DNA of 64,000 nt from assembly GCA_963841915.1 (NCBI GenBank), contig CAWJEN010000006.1, forward strand, positions 1,472,001 to 1,536,000, in the 5' to 3' direction. The translations under genes were made by a program, and so were the position numbers. A model generated the notes under the pieces. The model had not been told where the DNA came from, did no database searches, and was given only the letters and a program-made list of their open reading frames with translations. The DNA is from an uncultured Planctomycetota bacterium (GTDB lineage Bacteria > Planctomycetota > Phycisphaerae > Tepidisphaerales > Tepidisphaeraceae). Shown piece after piece: positions 60,471 through 64,000 of the stretch (the stretch's first letter is position 1; each line of letters opens with the position of its first letter).

Positions 60471-63400
60471 ATGAATCGTGCCCACGCACCCGAGCGTTTA
60501 GAAGCCCGTCGTCTGCTCTCTGCTGTCGCTGACGTTGATTTTGCCCTTCAAGACCATGGAGGTCACGAGCACGGCGGTGCCTGTGCCTGCGGTTGCTGCG
60601 GCGGGTCAGCGTTATCGGCTGAGCTGGAGCTTGCCGAGCTGCCTTCGTCGTTGCTCGAACGAGCGACACGTGCCGATGGCGACTTCATCGGCGACGGGCA
60701 CGACCACGGCCCGATGCTGAGCGACGAGTTCGGCACCTTCTACTTCGACCCGGCTCCGCTGGCTTATGTCGATGAAGAGCCTGCCGCGGCTGCGTTGGCG
60801 ATGCCGGTCGCTGCCGTGTCGTCGCTGCCTGTGCAGCCCGGATTCTCATCGAACCCGTCGTCGCCCAAGAAGATCTTCCTTGATTTCGATGGCCACGTCG
60901 TCAGCAACACCGCCTGGAACAACCTCAACAACGGCAACCCAATCCGCGCTCAGCCGTTCGACAACGACGGCAACCTCTTCTCGTTCTCGAACAGCGAGCA
61001 GTCGTTCATCCGCGAAACCTTTGCCGCGGTCGCCGAGGACTTCGCGCCGTTCAACGTGGACGTGACGACGATCGACCCAGGTGCGTCAGCATTCGCGGGC
61101 AACCGGAATGCCGTTCGGGTCCTCATCAGCACCGACCGCGACTCGACCGCACTGGGTGGTACGGGAAATCAGTGGTTCTCCAACGCCGGTGGCGTGGCCT
61201 ACGTCAACTCGTGGCGGTTCAATGGTGACACACCCGTTTGGGTCTTCGAGAACAACCTCGCCAACAACGCCAAGTGGATCGGCGAGGCGGTCAGTCACGA
61301 AGTCGGGCACGCCTTCGGGCTCCGCCACGACGGTGGCGGCGGTGACGGTGAGTACTTCCGTGGGCACGGCAACTGGGCACCCATCATGGGTGTCGGCTAT
61401 TACCGCTCCGTCACCCAATGGAGTCGCGGCGAGTACAGCGGTGCCAACAACCTTGAAGACGACATCGCCATCATCGCCGGTTCGACCAACGGCGTCGGGT
61501 ACCGCACGGACGATCACGGCGACTTCATCTCGGGCGCTTCGCCTGTTGTCGTGCAAAGCAACAGCAGCACGTCGCAAGTGCTCTCTGCTGACGGCATCAT
61601 CAGCCGCAGAAGCGACGTCGACGTGTTCCGCCTCGACCTCACGGCCGGTTCCGGCCGCGTCACCGGGCGCATCACTGCCGACGGTCTTGGTGCTCAGAAC
61701 GAGCCCTCGGATGCCAATCTGAATGTCAAGGCGGCGCTCTATACCGCTTCCGGTGCCCTTGTTTCCTCCTCGTTTGACGCTGCAGGCGTGCCGCCGTTGA
61801 GCGACTACCTCGATTCGGGTCAACTCGACGCAGGTATCTACTACCTCGCCGTCGATGGCTTCGGGGACGGCAACCCGGCCACGACCGGTTACAGCGACTA
61901 CGGCAGCCTCGGTGAGTTCCGCTTCAATCTGACCTACAGCTTCCAACCTGACCAGCAGGGCGAACTCGACGTCCAGGTGAACGGTCAGACGCGCTCCGCA
62001 GACCTCAGTGGTCTCCAGTCGACTTTCAGCCAAGACAATGGCTCTTTCGAGGGCACCACGGACGGGTCCGGCCTCACACTCGTCGGCAACGCGTGGAAGC
62101 ATCTGTTGTTCGACTACGACGTCACGGCCAACACCGTCTTGTCGTTCGACGTGACGACCACCAGCGGGGCCGAGATCGTCGCCATCGGCTTCGACGAGAA
62201 CCGGACGTTTAACGATCGCGCCCGCGTCTTCCAGGTCGCCGGCAGTCAGACCTTCGGCCAGGCGGCCGACGTGATCGCGAATCAGCCGACGGGCACCACG
62301 CGTTCCTACACCGTTCGCGTCGGTGACTACTACCAAGGCAGTATGAACTACCTGTCGTTCGTCAGCGACGACGACGCCAACAGCGGGGCACGGACAACCT
62401 TCCGCAACCTGCGGATCAATGAAGCCGCGGCCCCGCCACCGGTCACGCCGTTTGCAGAGTCGAACGGCCTTGCAGTCGTCGAAGCCGCCCAGCCGACCGG
62501 TAGAGGCAACAGCGCCGGTCACGAGTGGGTCACCCGCTCAGGCAACGGCTCATCCAACGGCTACCTTTCGGCAGAGCCCAACACCGGCTTCAACAGCGGT
62601 GACAGCCTCAGCGGCCGACGCGCTGACTACGCCATCGACTTCAACACCACCGGCACGTACTACGTCTGGCTCCGCATGGCCGGTGACAGCTTCCGCGACG
62701 ACTCTGTCCATGTCGGCCTCGACGGCAACGTCGCCACGATCGGCGGATTCGGCATGTCGCCGCCGGCAGGTGCGGACGCCAGCTTCCAGTGGGTTAACGC
62801 TCCGGCAGAGCTCGGGCGACGCGTCACCGTTAACGTCACCACGCCCGGCGTCCACACGCTCAACGTCTGGGTGCGAGAAGACGGCGTCCGTGTCGACGAC
62901 ATCCGCCTGGCCAAAAATGCAAGTTACAACCCGGCCGGCCCGACCACGCCGCCTCCGCCGCCCGGGCAGCCACGTTTCGTCGTGCAGAACGGCCTCGTCG
63001 CAATGCAGGCTGAGGACTTCACCGGCGGCAGCGGTTCACGCGGCGGCGACACGTGGGTCGAGGCCCGCTACGGCAACCGCGACGTCATGGTCGCCGGGCC
63101 CGACGACGGCTCGAACGCCAAGGACACCACCAACGGCCCACGGCTCGACTACGCGATCGAGTTCGATCAGCCCGGCACCTACTACGCCTGGGTTCGACTC
63201 GCCGACGCCAGCGGGAATCAGCGGAGTGACTCGGTTCACGTCGGGCTCAACGGCACCGCTGCCACCTTCGGGAATTGGGGCCTGGAAAATCCCTTGTCTT
63301 CGCTCGAATGGTCCAACAGCGGTCGCGGCATCGGCCGGGTGACGGTCAACGTGCCCTCAGCAGGCATTCACACGTTCAACCTGTGGATGCGCGAAGACGG

Positions 63401-63572
63401 CACGCCGGTTGACAAGCTCGTGCTTACCCGCGACTCGGGTTACGTCCCGACCGGTCTCGGCCCGAACAGTGACGCACCGACGAGTGGTGCTGCTGTTATC
63501 GTAAGTCGACAGATCTCGATCTTCGGCGACGACGAAGAAGCGCCGTCCCGGATCGCGGTGGACACGTTGTAA
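60471..63572 (+). CDS. Planctomycete LEPR-XLL exoprotein: metzincin Zn-protease + PPC-like domain + beta-sandwich modules
   Basis: ERLEARRLLS, IFLDFDG, EDFAPFNVDVTT, HEVGHAFGLRH, Met-turn PIMG, DDHG..DVDVF, and two ~160-aa C-terminal repeats. Confidence 0.85.
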   Translation: MNRAHAPERLEARRLLSAVADVDFALQDHGGHEHGGACACGCCGGSALSAELELAELPSSLLERATRADGDFIGDGHDHGPMLSDEFGTFYFDPAPLAYVDEEPAAAALAMPVAAVSSLPVQPGFSSNPSSPKKIFLDFDGHVVSNTAWNNLNNGNPIRAQPFDNDGNLFSFSNSEQSFIRETFAAVAEDFAPFNVDVTTIDPGASAFAGNRNAVRVLISTDRDSTALGGTGNQWFSNAGGVAYVNSWRFNGDTPVWVFENNLANNAKWIGEAVSHEVGHAFGLRHDGGGGDGEYFRGHGNWAPIMGVGYYRSVTQWSRGEYSGANNLEDDIAIIAGSTNGVGYRTDDHGDFISGASPVVVQSNSSTSQVLSADGIISRRSDVDVFRLDLTAGSGRVTGRITADGLGAQNEPSDANLNVKAALYTASGALVSSSFDAAGVPPLSDYLDSGQLDAGIYYLAVDGFGDGNPATTGYSDYGSLGEFRFNLTYSFQPDQQGELDVQVNGQTRSADLSGLQSTFSQDNGSFEGTTDGSGLTLVGNAWKHLLFDYDVTANTVLSFDVTTTSGAEIVAIGFDENRTFNDRARVFQVAGSQTFGQAADVIANQPTGTTRSYTVRVGDYYQGSMNYLSFVSDDDANSGARTTFRNLRINEAAAPPPVTPFAESNGLAVVEAAQPTGRGNSAGHEWVTRSGNGSSNGYLSAEPNTGFNSGDSLSGRRADYAIDFNTTGTYYVWLRMAGDSFRDDSVHVGLDGNVATIGGFGMSPPAGADASFQWVNAPAELGRRVTVNVTTPGVHTLNVWVREDGVRVDDIRLAKNASYNPAGPTTPPPPPGQPRFVVQNGLVAMQAEDFTGGSGSRGGDTWVEARYGNRDVMVAGPDDGSNAKDTTNGPRLDYAIEFDQPGTYYAWVRLADASGNQRSDSVHVGLNGTAATFGNWGLENPLSSLEWSNSGRGIGRVTVNVPSAGIHTFNLWMREDGTPVDKLVLTRDSGYVPTGLGPNSDAPTSGAAVIVSRQISIFGDDEEAPSRIAVDTL

Positions 63573-63644
63573 AGTGCGTGCAACGGCGTCACCCGCCGCG
63601 ACCGCCGGTCGCGTGGGAGGTGCCTGCCCACCTGCCCGTTCAAT

Positions 63645-64000
63645 ATGCCGGTATACGTCTACGAAGCGATGAGCCCCAGCGGCTCGGAGGTCAAGGAAGA
63701 ACTCGAAGCCGCAAGCAACGCGGAAGCGATTGCAAAGATTCGCGCAAAAGGCTATTTCCCGACCAAGATCAAGGAAAAGCAGGCCAAGAAGGCCGTCAAG
63801 AAGGGCAAGGGTGGCAAGGAGCCTGAGCTCCAGCCGCTGTCGCCGAAGAGGAAACTGCCGCTGTCGATCGGCGGTGTGCCGCGCAAGCAGCTCGTCAACT
63901 TCACCCGCCAGCTCTCGACGCTTCAGGATGCGGGCCTGCCGATTCTGCGGTCGTTGCAGATCCTGGAACAACAGCAAAAACCCGGCCTCCTCAAGGCCGT
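63645..64000 (+). CDS. pilC: Type IV pilus / T2SS inner-membrane platform protein PilC/GspF, 3'-truncated (not in the ORF track)
   Basis: My translation: MPVYVYEAM...AIAKIRAKGYFPTKI...LVNFTRQLSTLQDAGLPILRSLQILEQQ. The frame is open to the window end. Confidence 0.9.
   Translation, partial: MPVYVYEAMSPSGSEVKEELEAASNAEAIAKIRAKGYFPTKIKEKQAKKAVKKGKGGKEPELQPLSPKRKLPLSIGGVPRKQLVNFTRQLSTLQDAGLPILRSLQILEQQQKPGLLKA

Overview
High-GC bacterial DNA. I infer a planctomycete (Phycisphaerae-like) from the PEP-CTERM proteins, prepilin/H-X9-DG (DUF1559-like) proteins, a LEPR-XLL exoprotein, a CxxCGYNL..CPECG membrane protein and several sulfatases. The window has four blocks. (1) 1-1158 is the 3' end of a putA-type P5C dehydrogenase that carries an in-frame 78-bp palindromic insert. 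(2) About 1.2-32.7 kb is a large polysaccharide-utilisation locus: araFGH, three sulfatases, two tandem GH2-like enzymes, a YphG/DUF5107-TPR protein, an XylR-type regulator, an SGNH esterase, GH30, GH35, a CUT1 ABC cassette and GH43. It has no SusC/TonB-dependent receptor but does contain a divergent PEP-CTERM/prepilin-like gene pair. (3) 37.3-53.0 kb is a complete alternative complex III (actABCDEF) plus SCO plus type A2 caa3 oxidase operon. In it, SCO and CoxII are joined in one reading frame, actB and ctaC are frameshifted, and three spacers carry heptamer repeats. (4) 53-64 kb holds membrane proteins, a methyltransferase, three parS-like palindromes, a second cassette (LacI, PEP-CTERM, prepilin-like), a secreted metzincin and the 5' end of pilC. 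Several genes have a TANNNT box 5-7 nt before the start codon, suggesting leaderless mRNAs. I recognised no rRNA, tRNA, CRISPR array or transposase. All family calls are by-eye motif recognition, not database searches.
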